DNA of 64,000 bases from Anaerohalosphaeraceae bacterium (lineage in GTDB: Bacteria > Planctomycetota > Phycisphaerae > Sedimentisphaerales > Anaerohalosphaeraceae), in assembly GCA_050309605.1 (NCBI GenBank), contig JBNRMN010000064.1, positions 1-64,000 of the forward strand, written 5' to 3'. The notes under the pieces were generated by a model. The model saw only the letters and a list, made by a program, of their open reading frames with translations. It searched no databases and was not told the DNA's origin. The position numbers were made by a program, and so were the translations under genes. Shown here piece by piece: positions 50,250 to 60,077 of the stretch (positions are counted from its first letter, which is position 1; each line of letters starts with the position of its first letter).

Positions 50250-51968
50250 TTAGTGAACATGATTATGCGTCGGGTCTTGTGTCTGTTCGTTCGCCTGCTC
50301 GGCCTCTGTAAACTGCGGCAATTTGTGCAGGTATTTTTCCGGTTCAGCCAGAAACATCTCCGGACACCCCGGACAACAGAAATACACTGTTTTTCCCTCG
50401 TATTCAACAAATACGTCTTTGTTGATCGGGCCATCCATCACCGGACACAAAACCTGCTCCCCGTCGGCGCCGGCGTGTTGATGACCGACGGGCATCGGTT
50501 CGCTGTCGGAGCTCATCAGGCTGGGGCGGCCGCGAAGCTGAAGTTCCGAGTCGATCTTGAAATTGCCGCGTGTTACAACCTGCTCGCCTTCCATCAATCC
50601 TTCGCGGACCACATAGTAATCGCCCGCTCGCGGGCCGAGGACAATTTCCCTGCCGATATAGGTCGGCCTGTCGGCCCCCTCGACGACCGCGTACACCAGC
50701 GCACGGTCGAGCTTGCGTCCAGTCAGCAGGGCCGCCGAGGCCGGAATCACCAGCGGCGCCGGTTCAGGCTCCTGGGCCGCGACATAGCCCAGCGACTCGG
50801 CGGTCTCCAACGGCATGTGACAGATATCACATTGGCCGGGGGTATCTTTGACGATCTCGCCGTGCATCGGACAAATCCATTTGTCGGCCAGCAATGGCTC
50901 AATGACCCGACCGCCCTCGGCCAGCGACGAAGAAACAACCGCCCGCACCAGCATATCGGGCTTGAGCCGGCCGTCGGGATTGTCCACCACCGCACGCACG
51001 CGAACGGTTCGTGTGGCATCGTTGAGCAGGGGGTTGATAAAACTGATGCGCCCCGTAAACACTTCGCCGGGCCAGGCCTCGGTCGTAAATTCCACTGTTT
51101 GTCCGAATCGCAACCACGGCAAATCAGACTCATAGGCGTCCATCATCACCCACAAACGACTCAAATCGGAAATGGTGTAAATCGGACTTCCGGTCTGGAC
51201 ATACATCCCTTCGTTGGCTTTTTTCTCGATCACGATGCCGCCCATCGGCGCATAAATAGTCAGATGGTCCAGCGGTCGGCCTTCCTGCTCGATTTTTTCA
51301 ACCTGCGCCTCAGTCAGCCCCAGCAAAAGCAGTTTCTCGCGGGCGGCGGTCAAACTCGAGGCCACCGACTGGCGCACCAGCTCGGATACCGCCGGTCCCA
51401 ATCGCTGCTGCGATGCACGCGCTTCGAGAAATTCGGCCTGAGCGGTGATCAAGTCGGGGCTGTAGAGAAAAACCATATGGTCGCCGGCATTGACGCGAAT
51501 TCCCGTATAATCGACATAAAGCCGGTCGATACGACCCGGAACCCAAGCGGTGATGGTTTTGGTGCGTGTCTCATCCAGTGCCAATTTGCCGACCAGACGG
51601 ACGTCCTTCGTAACAGCTTGTCGCACAACCGGACTGGTCTGAACCTGCATCAGCCTGGCGATCTCCGGCGAAAACGAAATCACCCGCTCGCCCATCGAAT
51701 CATCCGAATCGTCATCCAGCGGAATCAGGTCCATCCCGCAAATGCGACACTTGCCCGGTTGGGTTTCGCGTATCTGGGGGTGCATCGAACACGTCCAGAT
51801 GGTCTCTGCGGCCTGCTCCTGCGTACTTGACCCTTCCTGAACATCACTGAGAAGCCCTTTTCTATCCAACCACACATATGCCGCGGCGAATCCGGCGGCA
51901 AAACCAACGGCCAAAAACAGGACAAATATGCCCTGTTTAAGTAAATTTGTGTGTTTTTTCTTATTCAT
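50250..51968 (-). CDS. cusB: CusB-like RND periplasmic adaptor with heavy-metal-binding and YHS domains
   Basis: WTCSMHPQI..PGKCRICGMDL, WICPMH..PGQCDICHM, C-terminal YHS. Confidence 0.9.
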   Translation of the reverse strand: MNKKKHTNLLKQGIFVLFLAVGFAAGFAAAYVWLDRKGLLSDVQEGSSTQEQAAETIWTCSMHPQIRETQPGKCRICGMDLIPLDDDSDDSMGERVISFSPEIARLMQVQTSPVVRQAVTKDVRLVGKLALDETRTKTITAWVPGRIDRLYVDYTGIRVNAGDHMVFLYSPDLITAQAEFLEARASQQRLGPAVSELVRQSVASSLTAAREKLLLLGLTEAQVEKIEQEGRPLDHLTIYAPMGGIVIEKKANEGMYVQTGSPIYTISDLSRLWVMMDAYESDLPWLRFGQTVEFTTEAWPGEVFTGRISFINPLLNDATRTVRVRAVVDNPDGRLKPDMLVRAVVSSSLAEGGRVIEPLLADKWICPMHGEIVKDTPGQCDICHMPLETAESLGYVAAQEPEPAPLVIPASAALLTGRKLDRALVYAVVEGADRPTYIGREIVLGPRAGDYYVVREGLMEGEQVVTRGNFKIDSELQLRGRPSLMSSDSEPMPVGHQHAGADGEQVLCPVMDGPINKDVFVEYEGKTVYFCCPGCPEMFLAEPEKYLHKLPQFTEAEQANEQTQDPTHNHVH

Positions 51969-52008
51969 ATCCACAATCAAAGCCTCAACTGTATTTCATA
52001 TCGTTCCT

Positions 52009-52022
52009 ACTACTATAGTAGT
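52009..52022. promoter_or_regulatory. Perfect 14-bp palindrome upstream of cusB (putative operator)
   Basis: ACTACTATAGTAGT. Confidence 0.4.
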
Positions 52023-52048
52023 GTATATGTTTGAAAAAATCTGCCTGA

Positions 52049-53338
52049 TTATTCCTTTTCAGGCATGGCGGGCAGTTGCCCCCCCACCAGCGCTTCGAGA
52101 CGAGCCAGGCTTTGCAGGTGAGTGGCCAGCGTCCGCTCGAAGGTCAACTCAAAGGTCAACAATTTTCGCTGGGCATCAATCAGACTCAGAAAATCAATGG
52201 CGCCGGTCCGGTATGCCTGCTCGGACACCTCCAGCATTTCTTTGGCTTTGGGAATCAGCACGTCCTGATAGAGTCTGACCTTCCGACGACTGTCTTCTGC
52301 GGCAAACATCAGTTCCGCCGCCTGAGAGGCCAAATCGCTTTGCATCTGTGTCTTAGCCTGAAGGGTCTTCAGCGCCTGCGATTGCGCTTGCTGAACGCCG
52401 GCGTTGTAACTGTCCGTCCACAGCGGCAGGTTTAACGTCACCATGGCAATCACGGGATCGCGCCCGCTGCCGGGGGTGTTCGGCATTCGCGCTGAATCGG
52501 TCTGAATCCAGTCGATGCCCAGCGTAACATCCGGCCAATAACGCTTTTGCGCCAGTTCGGCACGGCTCCGCGCGGCGGCAATCTCAAAGCTCATCGCCGA
52601 CAATTCGGGGTTGGCATCGATCAGCAAAGCAATGACCTGAGCCTCGTCGAGTTCTTCGATTGGCAATGCTTCCTGTTTCGGCCAGGGCAAATCCATTTCC
52701 GGCGGCTGGTTCAGTACGGCATTGACCATGGCGACCACGGGCTTTTTTTTTCGCTTGAGCGTGAGGTATTCATCTTCAAACATCGCCAATTCAATCTGCG
52801 CGCGGACGATATCCGGATGGCTTGCCGCCGCCGTGCGATACCGCGCTTGAGCGACCTGCTCCAAATGCTTGAGCAGCTCAAGATTGCTCTCGGCGATTTC
52901 CACGGCCTGGGCCAAATAAGCAAACTCAAAATAGGCCGCCTTTGTCTTTGAAATCACCTCCAGCCGAGCTGCCTCAAAACGTCTGCCGGCCGCCCGCGCC
53001 GCGGCTGCGGCCGCATCCGTCCGCGCTTCGATCTTGCCAAACCAGGGAAACCGCTGCATCAAGCCCAGACGGTGTTTCTGCGGCCCGACACGCGTCTCAA
53101 CCTCTTGGATGAAATACCCATACGTAAACATCGGATCGTCCAGGGCGCGCGCCTGCGGTACCTGCGCCAAGGCCGCCTTGTATTCGGAAAAACGGCTTTG
53201 CAGCCCGGCGTTCTTGGCCATCGCCACGCGCACATAATCGGTAAGCGTTACAGGTAAATTCGGGTCCAACGGATCAGCGGCGTGCAGCGGCATTGTCCCC
53301 ACAACGACAACGGCTGAAATCAATATCCGTATTCTCAT
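52049..53338 (-). CDS. TolC/CusC family outer-membrane efflux protein
   Basis: Signal peptide, QRFPWFGK, YRTGAIDFLSLIDAQR; first gene of the RND operon. Confidence 0.9.
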   Translation of the reverse strand: MRIRILISAVVVVGTMPLHAADPLDPNLPVTLTDYVRVAMAKNAGLQSRFSEYKAALAQVPQARALDDPMFTYGYFIQEVETRVGPQKHRLGLMQRFPWFGKIEARTDAAAAAARAAGRRFEAARLEVISKTKAAYFEFAYLAQAVEIAESNLELLKHLEQVAQARYRTAAASHPDIVRAQIELAMFEDEYLTLKRKKKPVVAMVNAVLNQPPEMDLPWPKQEALPIEELDEAQVIALLIDANPELSAMSFEIAAARSRAELAQKRYWPDVTLGIDWIQTDSARMPNTPGSGRDPVIAMVTLNLPLWTDSYNAGVQQAQSQALKTLQAKTQMQSDLASQAAELMFAAEDSRRKVRLYQDVLIPKAKEMLEVSEQAYRTGAIDFLSLIDAQRKLLTFELTFERTLATHLQSLARLEALVGGQLPAMPEKE

Positions 53339-53367
53339 GCGTCACCTGGGTAAAAGGTCATCGTTTT

Positions 53368-53383
53368 AGTAGGAATTCCTACT
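53368..53383. promoter_or_regulatory. Perfect 16-bp palindrome upstream of the efflux operon (putative operator)
   Basis: AGTAGGAATTCCTACT, about 30 nt upstream of the TolC start. Confidence 0.45.
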
Positions 53384-53509
53384 GTATTACTATGAAATAA
53401 ACTTAACAAAACATCTTTCGATGTCAATCAGAAAAAAATCCCAGAATGAGCACATATTCAGAATCGTCAACTATCCATTCAGCAAATCAATCGTCTCTTG
53501 CCGTCGGAT

Positions 53510-54964
53510 TTACTCCCACGCAAAGCGAAATTGTGAAGAATAAACGTGCGCCTGGTCAATCAGATTCTTCAACTCCTGCGCTTTGTCCGGATGCGAAGCA
53601 ACCAGATTTTGCGAATCCACCTCGCCGATGTTGGTTGACAGATCATAAAGTTTAATGCGGGCTGGATCAACATCCTCCAGATAGTGCAACTTTGAGGAAT
53701 AACGGTTGACATTCAGACGGACCATTTTCCAGTTGCCCTGCCGAATGGCCTGTTTGCCGTTTTGTTCAAAGAACTCCCAGTATAAATAATCGTGCGTTGT
53801 TTGATTTCGTCCCAACAACGCCGGCAGATAGGAAATGCCGTCCAGTCCCTCCGGAATCGTTTGTCCGGTCAATTCACAGCAGGTCGGCAAAAAATCCCAA
53901 AAAGCGCTGATGTGTTCGCAGGTTGAGCCGGGTTTGATTGTTCCGGGCCAGCGTGCGATAAACGGCACACGGATTCCGCCTTCATACAAATCCCGCTTGA
54001 TGCCTCGCAACGGTCCGTTGCTGTTGAAAAAGGCCCAATCGTTGCCGCCTTCGGCATGGGGACCGTTATCGCTGGTGAAAATAACCAATGTGTTGTCGTC
54101 CAGACCGAGCGATTTGAGCAGATTGAGAATCCGTCCGGTGTCCCTGTCCACGCGCGTTACCATCGCGGCATACGCGGCCCGCGGTGTTTCCTGTGCGCCG
54201 TAATGCCCGCCCGGCCACGGCGTTTCCGGCCAGCCCAATTGACGATAGTCCACTAAATCCGGCTCCTCCGGCACGACCAACTCGGCGTGAGGAATCGTGT
54301 ACGCCATATACAGAAAGAACGGACGGTCTTTGTTTTGGAGGATGTAGTTCAGGGCTTTATCGGTAAAGATATCATGGCTGTAGGTCTTGCCGTCCAGCGA
54401 AACATTGTCTGTATTCTCCCAGATGGGGCTGGAAGCGTCGGGATAATAATGATGCGCCGAGACCTGATCCAAATGGCCGTAAAAATAATCAAATCCCTTG
54501 TTGTTTGGATGGCCGGTCGTTCCAATATCCCCAAGTCCCCATTTACCGATACAGCCGGTATGGTAGCCGGCCTGCTGGAATACCTCGGCGACCGTTAAAT
54601 CGTGCGGACGCAGCGCGAGCGCGGCGTTTCCGCGGATATAGCAGCGCCCTGTGTGCAGCCCGGTCATCAGACTGCATCGCGACGGAGCACAAACCGTGCT
54701 GCCGGAATAATGCTGCGTAAAGCGCATTCCCTCGGCGGCCATCTTGTCAATATAAGGTGTTCTGATTTTGGTCTGGCCGTAACAGCCCAGATCGCCGTAT
54801 CCCAAATCATCCGCCATGATATAAATCACGTTGGGGCGGCGTTTACCGATGCGAGCCTGAAGGGTTTGGTTGGTCAGCATAATCCCGGCATTGGACAACT
54901 CTGCGGCAGTCCACAATGAGCCGGCGGCCGCCGTACAATACTTAAGAAAAGTTCGTCTGTTCAT
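53510..54964 (-). CDS. Tat-exported formylglycine-dependent (S1) sulfatase
   Basis: NRRTFLK Tat signal, PNVIYIMADDLG, CAPSRCSLMTG, FTSDNG, YEGGIRVP. Confidence 0.95.
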   Translation of the reverse strand: MNRRTFLKYCTAAAGSLWTAAELSNAGIMLTNQTLQARIGKRRPNVIYIMADDLGYGDLGCYGQTKIRTPYIDKMAAEGMRFTQHYSGSTVCAPSRCSLMTGLHTGRCYIRGNAALALRPHDLTVAEVFQQAGYHTGCIGKWGLGDIGTTGHPNNKGFDYFYGHLDQVSAHHYYPDASSPIWENTDNVSLDGKTYSHDIFTDKALNYILQNKDRPFFLYMAYTIPHAELVVPEEPDLVDYRQLGWPETPWPGGHYGAQETPRAAYAAMVTRVDRDTGRILNLLKSLGLDDNTLVIFTSDNGPHAEGGNDWAFFNSNGPLRGIKRDLYEGGIRVPFIARWPGTIKPGSTCEHISAFWDFLPTCCELTGQTIPEGLDGISYLPALLGRNQTTHDYLYWEFFEQNGKQAIRQGNWKMVRLNVNRYSSKLHYLEDVDPARIKLYDLSTNIGEVDSQNLVASHPDKAQELKNLIDQAHVYSSQFRFAWE

Positions 54965-55018
54965 CATAATCTCCTGATCGTCGGTCGTGGATTTGTTCAG
55001 GCTGTCATAGAACACCGG

Positions 55019-57685
55019 TTATCGCGGCCAAAACACATACGCCATCCAGTGTCGAGCAAGGTGTGCCAGATCGGCCAAACCGATGTGACCATCCCCGGTC
55101 AAATCCGCTTCTGTAAAAACCGGCACAAGCGACTGAGAGGTCCGTCCTGAAGGGCCGGCGGCAAGATACAGCACCTCCGCGTGTGTCAGTGCCTGGCTGT
55201 AAATGCGCAATTCATCCACTTTAACAGGCCCGGCCCCCCGTCTGGACAAGGATAATCGGGTCTGTCCGGCCTCAGAACCGCTCGTCGGCATGAACGCCGC
55301 ATCGTTTCGGGCAACCAGCAAGCCGTTACAGAACACCTGCATTGTGCTGACCAGACCGTCTTTAACAAACGCATAATGATTCCAGTTCGGACCACAAACT
55401 TCCGCTCGATCAATCCTCCATTTCGCCTGATCCCAGTTCTGTTCTTGTCGCGGCGGCGGGCCTGCAAAAAACTCAACACTGTCCACCTCGGTCGGCCAGT
55501 CATCGGCCTGACCCTCTATCCATAGCGACAGCGTCACGGAGGGGCCTATATCGGCAAAAACAGAGGCCGGAAGCAGAATGAAACTGTCCGTATCTTCCAG
55601 ACGAACACAGGCGCCTTCAACACCTTGCTCGTCCCAGATCGTGTCCGGATTTACCGCGACAACCGTTGCGTGATGATTGTTGCCGGATGAATCGAATGCA
55701 ACGTCGCCGGAATTTTCATCAAACAGATAGCGGGCAATCAGATCGCCGCTAAGCGGTTCGACTGCAAATACATCATAATCACTGTGGAGCCAATAGTCCG
55801 CTAATAAAAGAAAATCCGCCGAATCCACACGGCAATCGCGATTGATATCGCCGGGGACAGTCCCATCAGGCCGACAGCGCTGCGGATATAACCGCATCTC
55901 ATTCAAATAAACAGTGCCTGCGGCGTCAGCGGAAGCACCATTTCCGACACCTATCGACAGAGCGACAATATGATTCGAATCGATACCCTGAGCGATGAAA
56001 TCCGATAATGGAATATCCCATTGCTGCCAATGCGGCCGTGTCACAGCATCGGGATCGGGGTGAAATACCACCGCTTCGTTGGCTCCGTCGTCAAGGACGA
56101 TGGATAATCCTGCCGGACGGTTGTCTTGCCGCCCGCGGAAATTGATTTGAATGGCCTTCCAGCCGTCCTGCGTCCAAGTTTGCGGGACGTCAAACGTAAT
56201 CGCAGCTTGTCCGGTGTGCGGCGGTTCTGCACAATCGTACGTCAAGTTCATAATATGCAGCAATGAATCCAATGCCGCCTCAGCGCCCCCTGCTGCCGTC
56301 CAGACCTGCCGCATGGCCGCGGTATCCGCATACGTATAGAAATCTTCAATCAGGCTGTAATAATACGACTCCTGCAAAGTCAGCGTCCAGATTGGGCCGG
56401 TAACCAGCACCGCCCCGCCGGCGTCGAGGGTATCGATGCGCCATTGATATGTGGTATTGCCCGGCAATAACTCCATGTCCAGGACAGCCGCCAAATCGGT
56501 AAAATCGACGACGGGGGTTGTATAGTTGCCTGCCAACTCAAGTTTGTTTCCAACGCCGAAATAAACATTATACGAATCAACCAACGCATCTCCTGTCCAA
56601 CTGATTGTGTGAATCTCCGGCCAGACAATCGTCCCGTCGGCCGGCACCGGATGGGTCGCCTTTCCGCCGGTCGAAAAAGACCAGACTTGCCCGCTATACA
56701 CGTGCCCCTCATCCGCGACATCCACACGCCAGCAGTAGGTTGTGCCATAGTTTAATAAACCGGACGGCGGCGTATAGGAAGCGGTCGAACCGGTATCGTA
56801 TCCGCTGAGCACATCGCTGCAGGATGTGTCCGTTCCGATATTGATTACATAAGCGGGATCAGAAGCGTTGAACACCTCCCACCGCAAGGTTTCCAGCGGA
56901 CTGACAACGGTACTGCCGTCAGCCGGCGTCGGAGCAATCGCTTTCGGACGGGAAATCACCAGTCCGGGGTGATGGTACAGCCACTCAATATCCGCTTGGC
57001 TAAGCGCTGTATTGTAGATCTGAACATCGTCAATCAGCCCCTCGGTCCAGCGGGCCAAGGTGCCCCACTCGGTCGCTTCACGAATGCCGGTGCCGATGAC
57101 AACATCCTCAGTCAACAGCGTCGCCAAATCCCACGTCAGAGCGGCCGTGCCATACGGATCGCCATCCAGATAAAACGCCACATTTCGGTTCCCGTCATAC
57201 GTAACGGCGATATGATGCCACACATCATCGGTCATGGGGGTGCCGGTGGCACTGGTGGCAAACCCAGCGTTAAACTCATTACGTAACTGGCCGGCAGTGC
57301 CGCTTTGCAAGCCCAGATCGTACCGTATGCGAGCGTCTGTGCCGGTATCGCCCCAGCCAATTAAGAACGTACCATTGGCCTGATTGACCGCCGTTTTAAC
57401 CCACAGTGAAACCGTCCGAGCGTCGTTGCCGCCAATGCCCTTGTAGCCGACCAGTTGAGCAAAATCATTGACACCGTCCAGCGCCAGCGCCTCGCCGGTG
57501 ATGCCCTGTCCGCCGGTCGTAATTGACGCGCCGTTTCGCAGGGTCGCCGCAGTACCGATCGACGCCGGCGACACGCCGTTTGAAGTCGAGTCAAACGGCA
57601 AATGGACAATAATGTCCGACGTGCAAATACCGACCGTTACTCCGGCATAGATCATCACTATAAAAAGTCCTTTTATTTTCACCAT
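55019..57685 (-). CDS. Secreted multidomain protein: LamG-like jellyroll x2, beta-sandwich repeats, CBM-like domain and two dockerin-like motifs
   Basis: WHHIAVTYD/IDDVQIY LamG motifs; GDINRDCRVDSADF and ADLTGDGHIGLADL. Confidence 0.85.
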   Translation of the reverse strand: MVKIKGLFIVMIYAGVTVGICTSDIIVHLPFDSTSNGVSPASIGTAATLRNGASITTGGQGITGEALALDGVNDFAQLVGYKGIGGNDARTVSLWVKTAVNQANGTFLIGWGDTGTDARIRYDLGLQSGTAGQLRNEFNAGFATSATGTPMTDDVWHHIAVTYDGNRNVAFYLDGDPYGTAALTWDLATLLTEDVVIGTGIREATEWGTLARWTEGLIDDVQIYNTALSQADIEWLYHHPGLVISRPKAIAPTPADGSTVVSPLETLRWEVFNASDPAYVINIGTDTSCSDVLSGYDTGSTASYTPPSGLLNYGTTYCWRVDVADEGHVYSGQVWSFSTGGKATHPVPADGTIVWPEIHTISWTGDALVDSYNVYFGVGNKLELAGNYTTPVVDFTDLAAVLDMELLPGNTTYQWRIDTLDAGGAVLVTGPIWTLTLQESYYYSLIEDFYTYADTAAMRQVWTAAGGAEAALDSLLHIMNLTYDCAEPPHTGQAAITFDVPQTWTQDGWKAIQINFRGRQDNRPAGLSIVLDDGANEAVVFHPDPDAVTRPHWQQWDIPLSDFIAQGIDSNHIVALSIGVGNGASADAAGTVYLNEMRLYPQRCRPDGTVPGDINRDCRVDSADFLLLADYWLHSDYDVFAVEPLSGDLIARYLFDENSGDVAFDSSGNNHHATVVAVNPDTIWDEQGVEGACVRLEDTDSFILLPASVFADIGPSVTLSLWIEGQADDWPTEVDSVEFFAGPPPRQEQNWDQAKWRIDRAEVCGPNWNHYAFVKDGLVSTMQVFCNGLLVARNDAAFMPTSGSEAGQTRLSLSRRGAGPVKVDELRIYSQALTHAEVLYLAAGPSGRTSQSLVPVFTEADLTGDGHIGLADLAHLARHWMAYVFWPR
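57013..57522 (-). repeat. LamG-domain DNA repeat, copy 1
   Basis: 57024..57420 aligns without gaps to 59304..59700 (offset 2280); about 22 mismatches in 397 nt by hand count. Confidence 0.92.
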
Positions 57686-57793
57686 TAACCTTATGCCCCC
57701 TGAATTAGGGCCTATACGGCGTTCGCAAGGCCCTGCAATCTGAATTAAAATAGCATTGTGACAACTTATCAATTTGCCCAAGATTGTGATAAT

Positions 57794-57824
57794 CGGGGCG
57801 GGATTTCCACAGAAACCCCGCCCC
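57794..57824. terminator. GC-rich hairpin between LamG genes
   Basis: CGGGGCGGG...CCCGCCCCG. Confidence 0.5.
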
Positions 57825-57835
57825 GGTGAAACGCT

Positions 57836-59968
57836 TTATTGAGACGACACAACGTTATTGCTTAGCCAGTCAGTCGCGAACAATGCAAAATCCGCCAGAT
57901 CAACTCTGCAGTCGTTGTTGAAATCATACCGCAGCTTTGGGTCATCCGGATCCGTACATACCGGTTCGCCCTGCAGCATATCGTGGTACACCGCTATAAC
58001 ACCAAGGGCATCTAATGCATAGTTGTAAATTCGCACGTCGGCAACAGAACCGGGATAGTTATAAGTTGACGCTGTCGCCGAGGCGCCGCCGATGATCACA
58101 TTACTGATGCCAGAGACTAAATCAGTTTGGGTAAGCGTCGCACGATTCAGCACTTCAATCGGGCCGTCTGCGTCATAGATCCCGTAGGTCACACGCTCGG
58201 AAGTCTCCGGATCATAGGTCAATGCCACAAAACGCCAGACATCTGTCTTGTCTGCCGGAATGGCATTTTGCCAGGGTCCGCCTTGAATGAGCGTGTCGAT
58301 CCAGCCAGCTGACTGTTGCACAAGCGCATATGAAGCGCTTTTGTTTACCGGCCTGCGCCAGTCGCCGCCGGACGGCCCCAGTATCCACGCGGTCAGGGTC
58401 AGTCCCTGCGGATGGAAGTTAAAAAACTCACCGCTGTTCGGAATCATAACCACCGACTCGCCGTTGAACTGCACCGCCCCCTGAGGTGCACCATTCGGAC
58501 CGACAGTATATTCAATCGGCTCAGCAGCCGGCAGCGGCTCTGGATCGTTGGGGTCCACATACACCCCGTCCCAGTTCTCGTCCGGATGGGTCAAGTTCGC
58601 CTGAAGGGTTCCGTTCAGGGGCCAATGTGCGACCAGGCGACGCGTCATCAGGCGAGCTGATTCTGAAATGTCCGGCTCCAGTAACGAGTTGTCCACTTCA
58701 CAATGATAGAACCCCTCGTCAGTTACCTGGACATTATTGATTGTCAGTGTAGCGGTTGTCGCCCCACTGATCGTGCCGCCATCACTGAGCGGTGAACCAT
58801 CTTTATACCACTGGTACATCGTGGCATTAATGGCTGTAATGGAGAATTCCGCAGTCGTGCCTGCCTCTATCGTCTTGCTGAGTGGACTTTTGGTCACAAA
58901 AGCATTCGCGGGAGCCGTTGTAAACATCAGCTCCGGACCGGTATGAATGATCGAATTCGGCTCGTTCGGCTCTATCGCATCGACTCGCCAGTAATAAACC
59001 GCATCATTGATTAGCGTCGGCACATAGAAAAAGTCCTCCGGATCCTCTGAGGTCGTCTTGACCAGATTATTTCCATAGTAGTCAGGACTGGGCGAATTGC
59101 TGTCCGTCCCAAAATAAACCTCGTAGGTAATGCCGAGCCCCGCGGCCTCTTCTGTCTGCCCCCAAGTCAGGATCTGATCCAATCCGACTTCGGCGCCATT
59201 TGGCGGATCAAAATCAACAGGAATTTTAAGGTTATATATTTGTCCGGGGTTGTTCGAAATCCAGGCAATCTCTTCAGCCGTTAATGCTCGGTCGAAAATT
59301 GCCACATCGTCAATCAGTCCCTCGGTCCAGCGAGCCAAGGTACCCCACTCGGTCGCTTCACGAATGCCGGTGCCGATGACAACATCCTCGGTCAACAGCG
59401 TCGCCAGATCCCATGTCAGAGCAGCCGTGCCATACGGATCGCCATCCAGATAAAACGCCACATTTCGGTTCCCGTCATACGTAACGGCGATATGATGCCA
59501 CACATCATCGGTGATAGGAGTGCCGGTGGCACTGGTGGCCGCTCCGGCGTTAAACTCATTACGTAACTGGCCGGCAGTGCCGCTTTGCAAGCCCAGATCA
59601 TACCGTATGCAAGCGTCTGTGCCGGTATCGCCCCAGCCAATTAAGAACGTACCATTGGCCTGATTGACGGTCGTTTTAACCCACAGCGAAACTGTTCGAG
59701 AAGCGTTGCCGCCGATCCCCTTGTAACCAATCAATTGCGCAAAGCTTCCCGGTTGGCCATCAAGCTGCAAGGCCTCGCCGGTGATGCCCTGCCCGCCGGT
59801 GGTGATCGTTGCATTGCCCATCAATGTCGCATCCGCCCCCACCAAGGCCGGAGAGACACCATCTACTTCAGTGTCAAAGCGTAAATACTGCACTACAGAG
59901 TCTGACACAGAGGCCGAAACAAAGCCGCAAAGAATCCCCCATAACAAGAGTAGCATTTGTTTTCGCAT
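57836..59968 (-). CDS. Secreted protein: LamG x2, Ig-like domain and C-terminal dockerin-like motif
   Basis: Signal peptide, LamG motifs, YQWYKDG...DEGFYHCEV Ig motif, YDFNNDCRVDLADFALFATDWL. Confidence 0.87.
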   Translation of the reverse strand: MRKQMLLLLWGILCGFVSASVSDSVVQYLRFDTEVDGVSPALVGADATLMGNATITTGGQGITGEALQLDGQPGSFAQLIGYKGIGGNASRTVSLWVKTTVNQANGTFLIGWGDTGTDACIRYDLGLQSGTAGQLRNEFNAGAATSATGTPITDDVWHHIAVTYDGNRNVAFYLDGDPYGTAALTWDLATLLTEDVVIGTGIREATEWGTLARWTEGLIDDVAIFDRALTAEEIAWISNNPGQIYNLKIPVDFDPPNGAEVGLDQILTWGQTEEAAGLGITYEVYFGTDSNSPSPDYYGNNLVKTTSEDPEDFFYVPTLINDAVYYWRVDAIEPNEPNSIIHTGPELMFTTAPANAFVTKSPLSKTIEAGTTAEFSITAINATMYQWYKDGSPLSDGGTISGATTATLTINNVQVTDEGFYHCEVDNSLLEPDISESARLMTRRLVAHWPLNGTLQANLTHPDENWDGVYVDPNDPEPLPAAEPIEYTVGPNGAPQGAVQFNGESVVMIPNSGEFFNFHPQGLTLTAWILGPSGGDWRRPVNKSASYALVQQSAGWIDTLIQGGPWQNAIPADKTDVWRFVALTYDPETSERVTYGIYDADGPIEVLNRATLTQTDLVSGISNVIIGGASATASTYNYPGSVADVRIYNYALDALGVIAVYHDMLQGEPVCTDPDDPKLRYDFNNDCRVDLADFALFATDWLSNNVVSSQ
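59304..59878 (-). repeat. LamG-domain DNA repeat, copy 2
   Basis: Near-identical to copies 1 and 3. Confidence 0.92.
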
Positions 59969-60077
59969 AACCAACCCTTTCTGTAGAAGTTAACGGTTCT
60001 AAACAGGCCCGCCAACATCACTTTGCGACAAGGGAATAGCGTCGCGGAGTGATGATAGAAACCGAACAGTAATTGTT

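Noticed and set aside
50103..51830. 575-aa plus-strand ORF (and similar ones at 10891..12480, 15193..16371 and 22215..23444)
   Set aside because: Antisense shadows of well-supported genes.
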